Notes under the pieces: generated by a model | Database searches by the model: none | Told to the model about the DNA's origin: nothing | The model's input: only the letters and a program-made list of their open reading frames with translations | Translations under genes and position numbers: made by a program | Part shown: one piece after another, positions 54,774 through 62,721 of the stretch | How the letters are laid out: each line of letters begins with the position of its first letter | How positions within the stretch are numbered: the first letter of the stretch is position 1 | Sequence record: AP018399.1 | Strand: one strand, 5' to 3' | DNA: 64,000 nucleotides

Positions 54774-54862
54774 GGGTCGGTCGCATAGTGGCCGAGTGCA
54801 ACGGGCTGTTAACCCGTCGAGTTAATACTCCATCGCTGGTTCGAATCCAGCCCGGTCCGCCA
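54774..54862 (+). tRNA. tRNA-Asn(GTT) with long variable arm
   Basis: G73; V-arm GAGT-TAAT-ACTC-CATC; G3:U70. Confidence 0.85.
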
Positions 54863-55056
54863 AATTCACAAACGTTACAACCATACTAAATAGTTTTTAT
54901 GAACGCTATCCATATTGACAACCGAGCCGACCGATTTATCAGCATTATTGCTGATGATAGCGTCAGCGCGCGTGTGGATAGTTTTAGTGTTGTAGCAGTA
55001 GATTCAAGTAACAAGCAAGAGTAAGGCCAAGGAATCATTCTCGGTCTTACAGACAC

Positions 55057-55135
55057 GGGAATGTAGCTCAGTTTTTGGTAGAGCAGTAGCCTGAAAAGCT
55101 TCGTGTCGTAGGTTCGATTCCTATCATTCCCACCA
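55057..55135 (+). tRNA. tRNA-Phe(GAA)
   Basis: Canonical cloverleaf. Confidence 0.95.
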
Positions 55136-55168
55136 AATTTCGATGTGCGCAGCAATGCGTTCGTCAAC

Positions 55169-55242
55169 GGTGAGTTCGTTTAACGGTTAGGATTCCGGCC
55201 TGTCACGCCGGGGACACGGGTTCGATTCCCGTACTCACCGCC
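55169..55242 (+). tRNA. tRNA-Asp(GTC)
   Basis: Canonical, G73. Confidence 0.95.
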
Positions 55243-55248
55243 AATCTT

Positions 55249-55333
55249 TGGGGTCATGGTGTAAAAAAGCATTGCGCCCTGTCTGGGCGTAGATGATGGA
55301 GAGGTAGCGCTGCCTGCCCATCTGGCCCCGCCA
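55249..55333 (+). ncRNA. Asp(GTC) tRNA-like RNA with replaced T arm
   Basis: GGGGTCA/TGGCCCC-G-CCA; loop CT-GTC-TG; no TTCRA. Confidence 0.7.
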
Positions 55334-55403
55334 ATTTGAAGTAGGTGACAGCGGAAGGTTTTACTTGCCAAGGATGGCAATAGGTGTTAAGATTTACAAA
55401 TGA

Positions 55404-55479
55404 TGGACCGTAGCTCAGTTGGTAGAGCAAACGACCGATAATCGTTTGGTCGCTGGTTCAAATCCAGCCGGTCCAACCA
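55404..55479 (+). tRNA. tRNA-Ile(GAT)
   Basis: Cloverleaf; C at position 33. Confidence 0.9.
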
Positions 55480-55499
55480 AACAACCAGAAAGGACTTAA

Positions 55500-55910
55500 A
55501 TGAAAAAGATTCTTGCAGTTGCAGTGATGTTCATGGTAGCATTCAGCGCCGCAGCCGGTGACTTCGATACGAAGACCATCCAGCGCGATGACGGAAGCGT
55601 CCAGCATGTGATTCCAGTCACCGAGCAGACGTGCGACTTGCAGAACAAGTCCAATCTGGGCAATGCAGCCATCGGTGCTGGTGTCGGTTACGCAACCGGA
55701 CGTGTCATCAGTGGTCGCAGTCGCAACAGTGGCATGTGGGGTCTGGCAGGTGCAGCCGCAGGCGCACTCATCGGTGCCAACACGCAGAAGTCGCAGGAGT
55801 GCCGTTACAAGACGGTGTTGAAGGGCCACAAGGTCATCACCATCAGCAAGGACGGCAAGATGAAGGAAGATTTCGTTCCTTACGTCGGACCTGAGAAGGT
55901 TAAGCTGTAA
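55500..55910 (+). CDS. exported glycine-zipper protein
   Basis: Signal peptide; GAAIGAGVG, GLAGAAAGALIG. Confidence 0.75.
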   Translation: MKKILAVAVMFMVAFSAAAGDFDTKTIQRDDGSVQHVIPVTEQTCDLQNKSNLGNAAIGAGVGYATGRVISGRSRNSGMWGLAGAAAGALIGANTQKSQECRYKTVLKGHKVITISKDGKMKEDFVPYVGPEKVKL

Positions 55911-56191
55911 TGCGCAAGTTCGAAGTGATTACGAAGCCGACCAACACGGTCAAGCTCACTATCGCGAAAGACCGCGTTACCGTGAAGCTCCCGGAGTCAA
56001 TCACTCTGGTGAATGCCGAACGAATCGTGAAGTTCTTCAAGAAGGTGGCTGACAAGAATCCTTCGCCGGAATTCACGTTGCGCGGTAATGGTACACCGGA
56101 GAATGTCATGCGACACGGCATTGCGATGTACTCTGGGATTCGTCCCGGTCGTAAGCCGGTCAACGAAGGTTCGTACAAGTTTGAAGAGTAA
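55910..56191 (+). CDS. hypothetical protein
   Basis: TAATG-coupled. Confidence 0.65.
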   Translation: MRKFEVITKPTNTVKLTIAKDRVTVKLPESITLVNAERIVKFFKKVADKNPSPEFTLRGNGTPENVMRHGIAMYSGIRPGRKPVNEGSYKFEE

Positions 56192-56347
56192 GACGTTCTC
56201 GGACGTAAACCGAGTGGTGGAGGGCCGGGAAGCCGACCCCTAAAAGCAAGACGGCAACGACTAGACTGACCGCCGAAATATGCATAGAAGAGTCAAACTA
56301 GTGACAGCAAGAGAGAATGCACAGAATTCAATTGATTAGAGAGAACG

Positions 56348-56575
56348 ATGAAGATTTTTGCACGACCCAAGGCTTCAACCGCAGAGCGTAACAGCAAGAT
56401 GGGATTTTCCCAGCGTATGAGTCCGAGGTATGCGTATGAAATTGAGCGCGTCTTCGAAGATAAGGATGGAGTGAAGCGTGTTGCGCTGTCTGGTTACAGC
56501 AAGGCGCATACGATGAACTACACCGCCGAGGACTACACGTTCGAAGATGCCATCAAGCGTCCTGTCGTCGTCTAA
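56348..56575 (+). CDS. hypothetical protein
   Basis: 75-aa ORF. Confidence 0.6.
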   Translation: MKIFARPKASTAERNSKMGFSQRMSPRYAYEIERVFEDKDGVKRVALSGYSKAHTMNYTAEDYTFEDAIKRPVVV

Positions 56576-56584
56576 GCAATATAT

Positions 56585-56664
56585 ACGGGTGTAACCACCG
56601 TGCCTACGAAGCACGAGTAAGGTAATGGATGAAAATGCAGGTTCGACCCCTGTCGCCCGTGCCA
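56585..56664 (+). ncRNA. D-armless Arg(ACG) tRNA-like RNA
   Basis: ACGGGTG/CGCCCGT-G-CCA; 7-nt linker; CGTGC-CTACGAA-GCACG; 21-nt segment; T arm. Confidence 0.75.
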
Positions 56665-56738
56665 ACTTAAGAGGTAACTAAAATGAAAATGTATCAGGAG
56701 GCCAATCATGCTTTAGGTTAAAATAGGAGAACCTAATC

Positions 56739-57425
56739 ATGAAAGGCAAGACTGTAGAGACTGTTCCGTTCGCATTTCGTTTCTTTCTGGTGAATCGCTT
56801 CACCAAGGAACGTTTCGGACCCTTCGACAGCATTGAGGAAGCGAAGAGCTTCCGTTACGAGAAGTACCGCTGGCACTATTGGGCCACTGAACTCTACTCG
56901 GATGCGCTGCCGCTGGACCGTCGCGAACGTGAAAAGGTTTGGCTTGACAGCCTGCGCAGCAATGCAGAACGTCGCTACGAGCGTCCGTTTTGCATCGTGA
57001 CTCATCTGGGTGATGTTGTTCACCCGGACGAAATCAAAGCTGCCAGCGGTGGATACGTCTACCGTAACAACGGCTGGGAAGCACGCAACAAGAAGCGCAA
57101 CACCATCGAAGTTGGATTGGTGAAGCGCAAGGGTGATGGCAACAAGATTAAGAGCGATTGGGCGTACCGGCAATACTGGAACAACTACTCGCAGGAAATC
57201 GACTTCACCAACGATTCGTTCGGATACTTCCGTCGAATCAGTACCACGGCTGAGCATCGTGCTAACGCGGGATGCGATGCTGATTACGGCCAAGGCTTCG
57301 TTCGCGGTGCCCGTCGCGGTCACAATCTCCCGACCTCATGGGATGACGTGAACTGCGGTGCATACGGACTGAGTGCTTGTTGGAAGCATAACAGCAAGCG
57401 TCGTAAGCAGTGGAAGCCTAAGTAA
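56739..57425 (+). CDS. phage hypothetical protein
   Basis: FRRISTT.E..R..R...LPTSWDD..WK..SKRRKQWK. Confidence 0.8.
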   Translation: MKGKTVETVPFAFRFFLVNRFTKERFGPFDSIEEAKSFRYEKYRWHYWATELYSDALPLDRREREKVWLDSLRSNAERRYERPFCIVTHLGDVVHPDEIKAASGGYVYRNNGWEARNKKRNTIEVGLVKRKGDGNKIKSDWAYRQYWNNYSQEIDFTNDSFGYFRRISTTAEHRANAGCDADYGQGFVRGARRGHNLPTSWDDVNCGAYGLSACWKHNSKRRKQWKPK

Positions 57426-57430
57426 GATAC

Positions 57431-57506
57431 GGGGCCAAGGTGTTGACGGGTGGCATACTAGCTTTGCAAGCTTGGGGACTGGGTTCAATTCCCAGTGGCT
57501 CCACCA
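57431..57506 (+). tRNA. tRNA-Ala(TGC)
   Basis: G3:U70, A73. Confidence 0.95.
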
Positions 57507-57525
57507 AATTAAAACAAGTAGATAT

Positions 57526-57600
57526 GGGAAGTTAGCTCAGGGGTAGAGCGGCTCCCTTACAAGGAGCGGGTCGGGGGTTCGAAACCCTCACTTCCTACCA
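57526..57600 (+). tRNA. tRNA-Val(TAC)
   Basis: Canonical cloverleaf. Confidence 0.95.
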
Positions 57601-57612
57601 TATTACTACGAT

Positions 57613-57689
57613 GGGGACGGTAGCTCAACGGTTAGAGTGCTGCACTGTGAATGCGGTGATAGCGGGTTCGATTCCCCTCCGTCCCCCCA
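57613..57689 (+). tRNA. tRNA-His(GTG)
   Basis: G-1:C73. Confidence 0.95.
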
Positions 57690-57692
57690 AAC

Positions 57693-57784
57693 GGAAGCGT
57701 GTCCGAGTGGCTTATGGTAGCTCTTTGCTAAAGAGCCGACCCCTTAAACGGGGTCCGCAGGTTCGAATCCTGCCGCTTCCGCCA
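57693..57784 (+). tRNA. tRNA-Ser(GCT)
   Basis: Class II cloverleaf. Confidence 0.95.
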
Positions 57785-57842
57785 TATTCAGCATCATCAC
57801 CATCTTTACACGTCATCTTCATTGGTGTATAGTGACCTCATT

Positions 57843-58055
57843 ATGAAGGACTACCGAATCAAGATGGTGACCAAGGACGGGTGCCTAGTCCAGAACAGGG
57901 TAGGCAAACGCGACTTCTGGCTGCGCCCTGACGGCAAGCTTGACGAGCATTTCGCCCATATCAGCCTGACCTCTGATGCCCGTGAAAAGGGCGTGCGGCT
58001 TCTCTCTTACACCCATGACCAAGACGGCGTTCAGGCCGTAGTCGAGTGGCTTTGA
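57843..58055 (+). CDS. hypothetical protein
   Basis: 70-aa ORF. Confidence 0.55.
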   Translation: MKDYRIKMVTKDGCLVQNRVGKRDFWLRPDGKLDEHFAHISLTSDAREKGVRLLSYTHDQDGVQAVVEWL

Positions 58056-58116
58056 TACACTCCCGGCTGGTGCATTGTAGCACGACCGGCGTCAAGGTTC
58101 CATAAACAAATCATTC

Positions 58117-58193
58117 CCGTCTATAGCTCAACTGGACAGAGCAGTGGTGTTCTAGGCCATTGGTTGGGGGTTCGAATCCCTCTGGGCGGGCCA
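58117..58193 (+). tRNA. tRNA-Arg(TCT)
   Basis: Cloverleaf with several G:U pairs. Confidence 0.9.
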
Positions 58194-58380
58194 ATTTTGC
58201 CCATTCACGTCACTATACGGGCACGTATCTGACCTTCCGCGTCACCCTGAACGATAGCTAAACGTTACCTGTCCGATACCAGCCCCGATGTAAAAAACCT
58301 GTGGACGCCCCGTGGAGGATGTGTCAATATTGATACACGGTCGCAGCAGCACAACAGGCCGTATCACTCAGGGGTTATAA

Positions 58381-58623
58381 ATGGACGCGGGCGTCAGAGA
58401 ATTCGCAGTAGCACTACAGGAAGTCATCAAGCAAAACCGAGCGGCAACAGAAGTAGATACCGGGGACGAAGTAGCAGACGAAGCATTCGCTCATGGGGTC
58501 CAGACAGTTCTTTGCGACCTTGAACAAATGCTGAACGACTTGGGGCAAGGGTTCGACGTGTACCGTTCAGAGCGACCGTTCATCCCGTTGGGCTTCAAGA
58601 TACACGCTGTCGTAACTCATTGA
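58381..58623 (+). CDS. hypothetical protein
   Basis: 80-aa ORF. Confidence 0.55.
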   Translation: MDAGVREFAVALQEVIKQNRAATEVDTGDEVADEAFAHGVQTVLCDLEQMLNDLGQGFDVYRSERPFIPLGFKIHAVVTH

Positions 58624-58834
58624 TTCGGCAGTAGATTTTTCCTTAACTCCAAAACTATAAAGCACTTTCTTCGTGATTGAAGAAAGTGCTTGACTTCGTG
58701 TGTTCGTTTGCCTATAGTATTTCCAACGCGGCGGGAAATTGACGGCTGACCCCGACAACCGACCTAAGCGTTATCTCATCGGAGAGACTTAGACAACAAC
58801 TCACACACAACAGCAACTTTTGGAGTAACGCAAC

Positions 58835-59215
58835 ATGACACAGTATCAGTTCTCGGACCTCAACACGGACCGTACCGTCAGCAACATCCCGCCCAAGACC
58901 CGCACGGTCAAGAAGTCGCCGCTGGCGGCTCGGATGGAGAAGCTGAAAATCAATGAAGCCTTCGTCATCAACGACGCCCAGATGGCTTCTGTCGCCGCCA
59001 ATGTCTACGCAACCGCCAAGCGCATCGGCGTGAAGGTCACCCTTCGCCAGTTGCCGGAAGGCGTGGGCGTGTGGCGTGTCCGCAATACCAACGCCTCGCA
59101 GACCGACACCGAACGCAAGAACGAAACGCAGAACGGCGCACCCGCCAAGAAGCGTCTCGTGAAGGCCAACGCTGCACAGTCGCAGGGGCGAGGCCGTGGT
59201 CGTAAAGCGGCTTAA
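58835..59215 (+). CDS. small basic putative DNA-binding protein
   Basis: L.I.EAF..G.KV..R....GVGVWRV; GGAG RBS. Confidence 0.7.
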   Translation: MTQYQFSDLNTDRTVSNIPPKTRTVKKSPLAARMEKLKINEAFVINDAQMASVAANVYATAKRIGVKVTLRQLPEGVGVWRVRNTNASQTDTERKNETQNGAPAKKRLVKANAAQSQGRGRGRKAA

Positions 59216-59395
59216 CTCACAGACCAGCATCGCACCTTGCGATAGAAGAGTGGCCCGGTCTGACCACCGGGCTAACTCTAGGGTTACTACTTTTGGAGTG
59301 CGCCCATAGTACAGGTATGTGATGAGTCTGTCAAGGGGTAGTGCGAAGAAATTTCACTCTTGACAGTTATAGATGACGGCACTATAATTAGTGCC

Positions 59396-60010
59396 ATGAC
59401 CATCCATGACGAAATCATCAAGCTTCGGGACTCGGCCAGCAACAGCCTGCGTCGGGTGGAAAACTTCCCCAAGCTGACACCATACGGGTCCATATACACC
59501 GCCACGCTAGTCGCTGGCGGTATTGCCCTGTCCGAAGTCTTCAAGTTCAACCCGCACACCTACGCGGGTGAAGACATGGATGGCATCATCAAGCGTCTGG
59601 TCGAGCGGGCCGGACTGGTGGAAGGGACGCTGGGCTACGTCGAATGCACCGAAGGCGTGCTGGACTATCTGCTGGTCCCGTCTGAGGATGAGTCCTACCA
59701 GAAGAAGTTCTACAATGGCGTGTCCGCATCCCGCGACCGCAAGAACGTCACCATCCCCGGCACTGGCATTCGCTACACCGTGAAGAAGCCGGAAGCGAAG
59801 CGCAACGTCTACAGCGATTGGAAGACTCTGGACGCATCCGTCCTAGTGGTCATCAATGCCGTGGGCGAATGGAAAGACGAAAAGGCCGACGAAGAGAACA
59901 AGAAGAAGGTCGAAGACTGGCTTGTTTCTACGGCCGGTGACGTGACCAAGGCGCTGGAATATCTCACTGCACTGGACAAGTTGGTCGGGAAGGCTATGAC
60001 TCATAAATAA
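59396..60010 (+). CDS. hypothetical protein
   Basis: 204 aa, own promoter. Confidence 0.75.
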   Translation: MTIHDEIIKLRDSASNSLRRVENFPKLTPYGSIYTATLVAGGIALSEVFKFNPHTYAGEDMDGIIKRLVERAGLVEGTLGYVECTEGVLDYLLVPSEDESYQKKFYNGVSASRDRKNVTIPGTGIRYTVKKPEAKRNVYSDWKTLDASVLVVINAVGEWKDEKADEENKKKVEDWLVSTAGDVTKALEYLTALDKLVGKAMTHK

Positions 60011-60034
60011 GTTCATCAACCGAGCTTATTTGCA

Positions 60035-60397
60035 ATGAGACTAGACCTTTTCAACCCGTGGCGTGACCTAACAACTTGGTCAGGCTTGACTCTACAGTAC
60101 CAGACTTCCAAGAAGGGCGACACTTGGACTACCTACATTCGTGAGAAGGATAGCAAGCAGCCTATCACGTTTGGTATCTCACGCAATTCTAAGGAAGAGT
60201 CCCTACAGCGCGCGGACCAGAATCTTAAGCGAATTGGCATCGAAGGCGTTCAGAAGGCGATGGCTACCGGCCAGATGATTCGCCCTAACGAAGCGCTCCC
60301 CCAGCAGGAACCACGCAAGGAAATCGAATGGCGTGATGGAGCTAACCACCGCTTCAAGGCCCAGCGTGATATCGTTGACGGCAAACCTCAACGCTAA
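60035..60397 (+). CDS. hypothetical protein
   Basis: 120-aa ORF. Confidence 0.6.
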   Translation: MRLDLFNPWRDLTTWSGLTLQYQTSKKGDTWTTYIREKDSKQPITFGISRNSKEESLQRADQNLKRIGIEGVQKAMATGQMIRPNEALPQQEPRKEIEWRDGANHRFKAQRDIVDGKPQR

Positions 60398-60485
60398 TCT
60401 TCAAAAATAATCTTCTCAATCTATTGACAACGCCAAATGATGGGCTTATAATTTAGCCCATCCTATCCACTCATGGAGAAACAAT

Positions 60486-61085
60486 ATGACCCTCACCGGT
60501 CGTCTTGCTACCCTGATTGCTGCACTAGGCGTGTCAATCGTCGCTTTCAACCACTTCAACAAGCCCGAAGTCGTTGATATCTCTCACATCCAGCCTGTCG
60601 AAGTCCTTCCGGACCCCATTCCGGAAGCTGAAAGCGTGCTGGTTCAGCTTGACCAAGCCGAATTCGAATGTATGCGTGCCAATATGTACTATGAGGCCCG
60701 CAATCAGCGTTCGGATGAAGCCTACATCGCAGTTGGCTACACCGTTCTCAATCGCGTCGCTTCCAAGCGCTACCCTGACTCCATCTGCGGTGTCATTTCG
60801 CAGGCACGTCGCGATTCGAAGGGCAATCCCATCCGCCACAAGTGTCAGTTTTCGTGGTACTGCGATGGCAAGCCGGACGTTCCGAATCTGAACAATGTTT
60901 TGGAACGTCGTGCTTGGGAGCGTGCAACCGAACTTGCCGCACAAGTGATGCGGAATGAAGTTGACAATCCGATTGGAAACGCTACAATGTACCACGCTAC
61001 TTACGTCAACCCGCACTGGAAGCGTGCCTATCACAAGGTCGCGACCATCGAAACCCACATCTTCTACTCCCAAACCAAGGCTTAA
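60486..61085 (+). CDS. cell wall hydrolase (SleB / Hydrolase_2)
   Basis: CMRANMYYEARNQ, V.NRV....YP.SICGV, CQFSWYCDG, ATMYHATYV.P.W. Confidence 0.92.
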   Translation: MTLTGRLATLIAALGVSIVAFNHFNKPEVVDISHIQPVEVLPDPIPEAESVLVQLDQAEFECMRANMYYEARNQRSDEAYIAVGYTVLNRVASKRYPDSICGVISQARRDSKGNPIRHKCQFSWYCDGKPDVPNLNNVLERRAWERATELAAQVMRNEVDNPIGNATMYHATYVNPHWKRAYHKVATIETHIFYSQTKA

Positions 61086-61089
61086 TCAA

Positions 61090-61704
61090 ATGCTGACTCT
61101 GAATTTCGATACGTGGTTCATGCGCAAGTTCCTCAACTACAGCGGTCGCTACGCTGAACCGCCGAAGACCATCTGTGAACTCGGTCGCGTCATCCTCGGC
61201 ATGACCTTCCTGTGGCTGGTCGGTATCACTGTCGTGCTGGCTGTCGTGTCCCTGTACCTCACTGGCCTGTTCGGCGTGTTCTACGTGATGTTCACCGATA
61301 CCACGCTGGCCGAATTCTTCGACTTCGCCACGAAGGAAGCAACGTGGACCGGCATGGCTTGGCTGTTCTTCATTCTGGGCAACATCGCTCTGGCTGTGGC
61401 CGCTGGCATCTTCGGCTTCAAGTTCGCCAAGGAATACCGGGACGAAAAGCAACATGAACGTGCCCGCCTGAACTTCGAAAAGACTGGCGTGTGGGAAGTG
61501 CCGAAGGCTGCACCGTCGCCCATCAAGGAATTCTTCAAGGGTGTCTGGGCGCGATTCCACGACAAGACTTGCACGATGATTCAGTGGGAGAACGACCCGG
61601 CCACCCTGCGCCAGCGCGAGCGTGAAAAGGAAGAGCGCGAGTGGGAAGAGCGTCGTGCAAAGCTCATCGCTGAAACAATCTCTGATTCAGAAAACAACGC
61701 TTGA
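61090..61704 (+). CDS. membrane protein
   Basis: TIC.L motif plus TM segments. Confidence 0.75.
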   Translation: MLTLNFDTWFMRKFLNYSGRYAEPPKTICELGRVILGMTFLWLVGITVVLAVVSLYLTGLFGVFYVMFTDTTLAEFFDFATKEATWTGMAWLFFILGNIALAVAAGIFGFKFAKEYRDEKQHERARLNFEKTGVWEVPKAAPSPIKEFFKGVWARFHDKTCTMIQWENDPATLRQREREKEEREWEERRAKLIAETISDSENNA

Positions 61705-61768
61705 CATAGTAATCACATCGCTGTAATCTAACCTCACTTTCCAACCACTACCTCAAAGGTAAGCAATA

Positions 61769-62194
61769 ATGTCCCAGCCGGTTCGTTTCACCCACAACAC
61801 CCGCAACCCGCGTCTGCGCTACACCGTGGCGTACTCGTTCGAAAAGAATGCCGATGGCACCCTCGACGTGACCTACGGCATCGCACAGTGCCGCAAGGGC
61901 GACTCGTTCTCCCGTTCGGAAGGCCGCAAGATGGCCGAAGCCCGTCTCAACAAGGCTCGCAAGGGCAAGCAGGCTGCGGTGGTCGATGCCGAGTCCGGCG
62001 AAGCTCTGGTCCCGCTGTACGGCGTCCTGTCGGTGCAGGACCATGCTGGCCTGAGCGTCGGCAAGTTCGTCTCCGAGACGTTCGAAGCTGACCGCCAGAA
62101 GACGCTGGCCTACAACTCGCAGAACTCGCTGGGCGCAATCGCCGCTCAGGTGTTCGGCCCGTCGCTGTCGAAGGCTCTGGGTTTCAGCTTCTAA
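61769..62194 (+). CDS. phage hypothetical protein
   Basis: YGIAQC..GDSFSRSEGR..A..R. Confidence 0.75.
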   Translation: MSQPVRFTHNTRNPRLRYTVAYSFEKNADGTLDVTYGIAQCRKGDSFSRSEGRKMAEARLNKARKGKQAAVVDAESGEALVPLYGVLSVQDHAGLSVGKFVSETFEADRQKTLAYNSQNSLGAIAAQVFGPSLSKALGFSF

Positions 62195-62205
62195 GTAAAA
62201 AAGAA

Positions 62206-62250
62206 CCCGCGTTAGGTGTTTCGCCTCCTTGGCATCTAACGCGGGTTTCT
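62206..62250. terminator. terminator-like hairpin
   Basis: AAGAACCCGCGTTAG..CTAACGCGGGTTTCTT. Confidence 0.7.
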
Positions 62251-62290
62251 TCTTCTCAAGGGGTATTTGGTAACAAAACTGGAAACACAA

Positions 62291-62488
62291 ATGATTAACA
62301 AGAAGACCCTTTTCTTCACCCTCGTCTCTGACGGTACCCCGCACCAGTTCGAAGCTTTCAAGAGCATCATCTGCCCTTACGAAAAGAAGAAGAGATACCA
62401 GCTTGACGTGTATCGCGACATGGTGGCATTCCGCAACTCTCCCCGCGTCTACATCCTCGACAACACAGGCAATATCCTCCCGGTCTAA
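62291..62488 (+). CDS. hypothetical protein
   Basis: 65-aa ORF. Confidence 0.5.
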   Translation: MINKKTLFFTLVSDGTPHQFEAFKSIICPYEKKKRYQLDVYRDMVAFRNSPRVYILDNTGNILPV

Positions 62489-62519
62489 ATAAGACCACAC
62501 CGAATCTTAAGGGGGATAC

Positions 62520-62720
62520 ATGCTTTCGTTTCGTAACCAACTGCTACAGACCTTCGGCATCGAACGTGACTTCGCTGCCATCGTCAACTCTGACATTCAG
62601 ATTCAGCATTCCGACGAATGTGAACCGTTTGCAGAAATCGTGACTGATAAGGCCGGACACACAACCCTTAGAGTCGGGAGACTCCAACCTAACAGGGTGC
62701 CGGTCATCAAGATTCGGTAA
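62520..62720 (+). CDS. hypothetical protein
   Basis: GGGGA RBS; 66 aa. Confidence 0.5.
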   Translation: MLSFRNQLLQTFGIERDFAAIVNSDIQIQHSDECEPFAEIVTDKAGHTTLRVGRLQPNRVPVIKIR

Positions 62721-62721
62721 G

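Larger units (their letters stand above)
38725..54892 (+). promoter_or_regulatory. ACTAAATA motifs (T4-superfamily late-promoter-like) beside tRNA blocks
   Basis: At 38725, 39210, 47825, 51136, 53855, 54527, 54885. Confidence 0.55.

Noticed and set aside
56192-56290. Twister-like ribozyme (GGAGGG, TAAAA words)
   Set aside because: Could not build the two pseudoknots or the conserved order of elements
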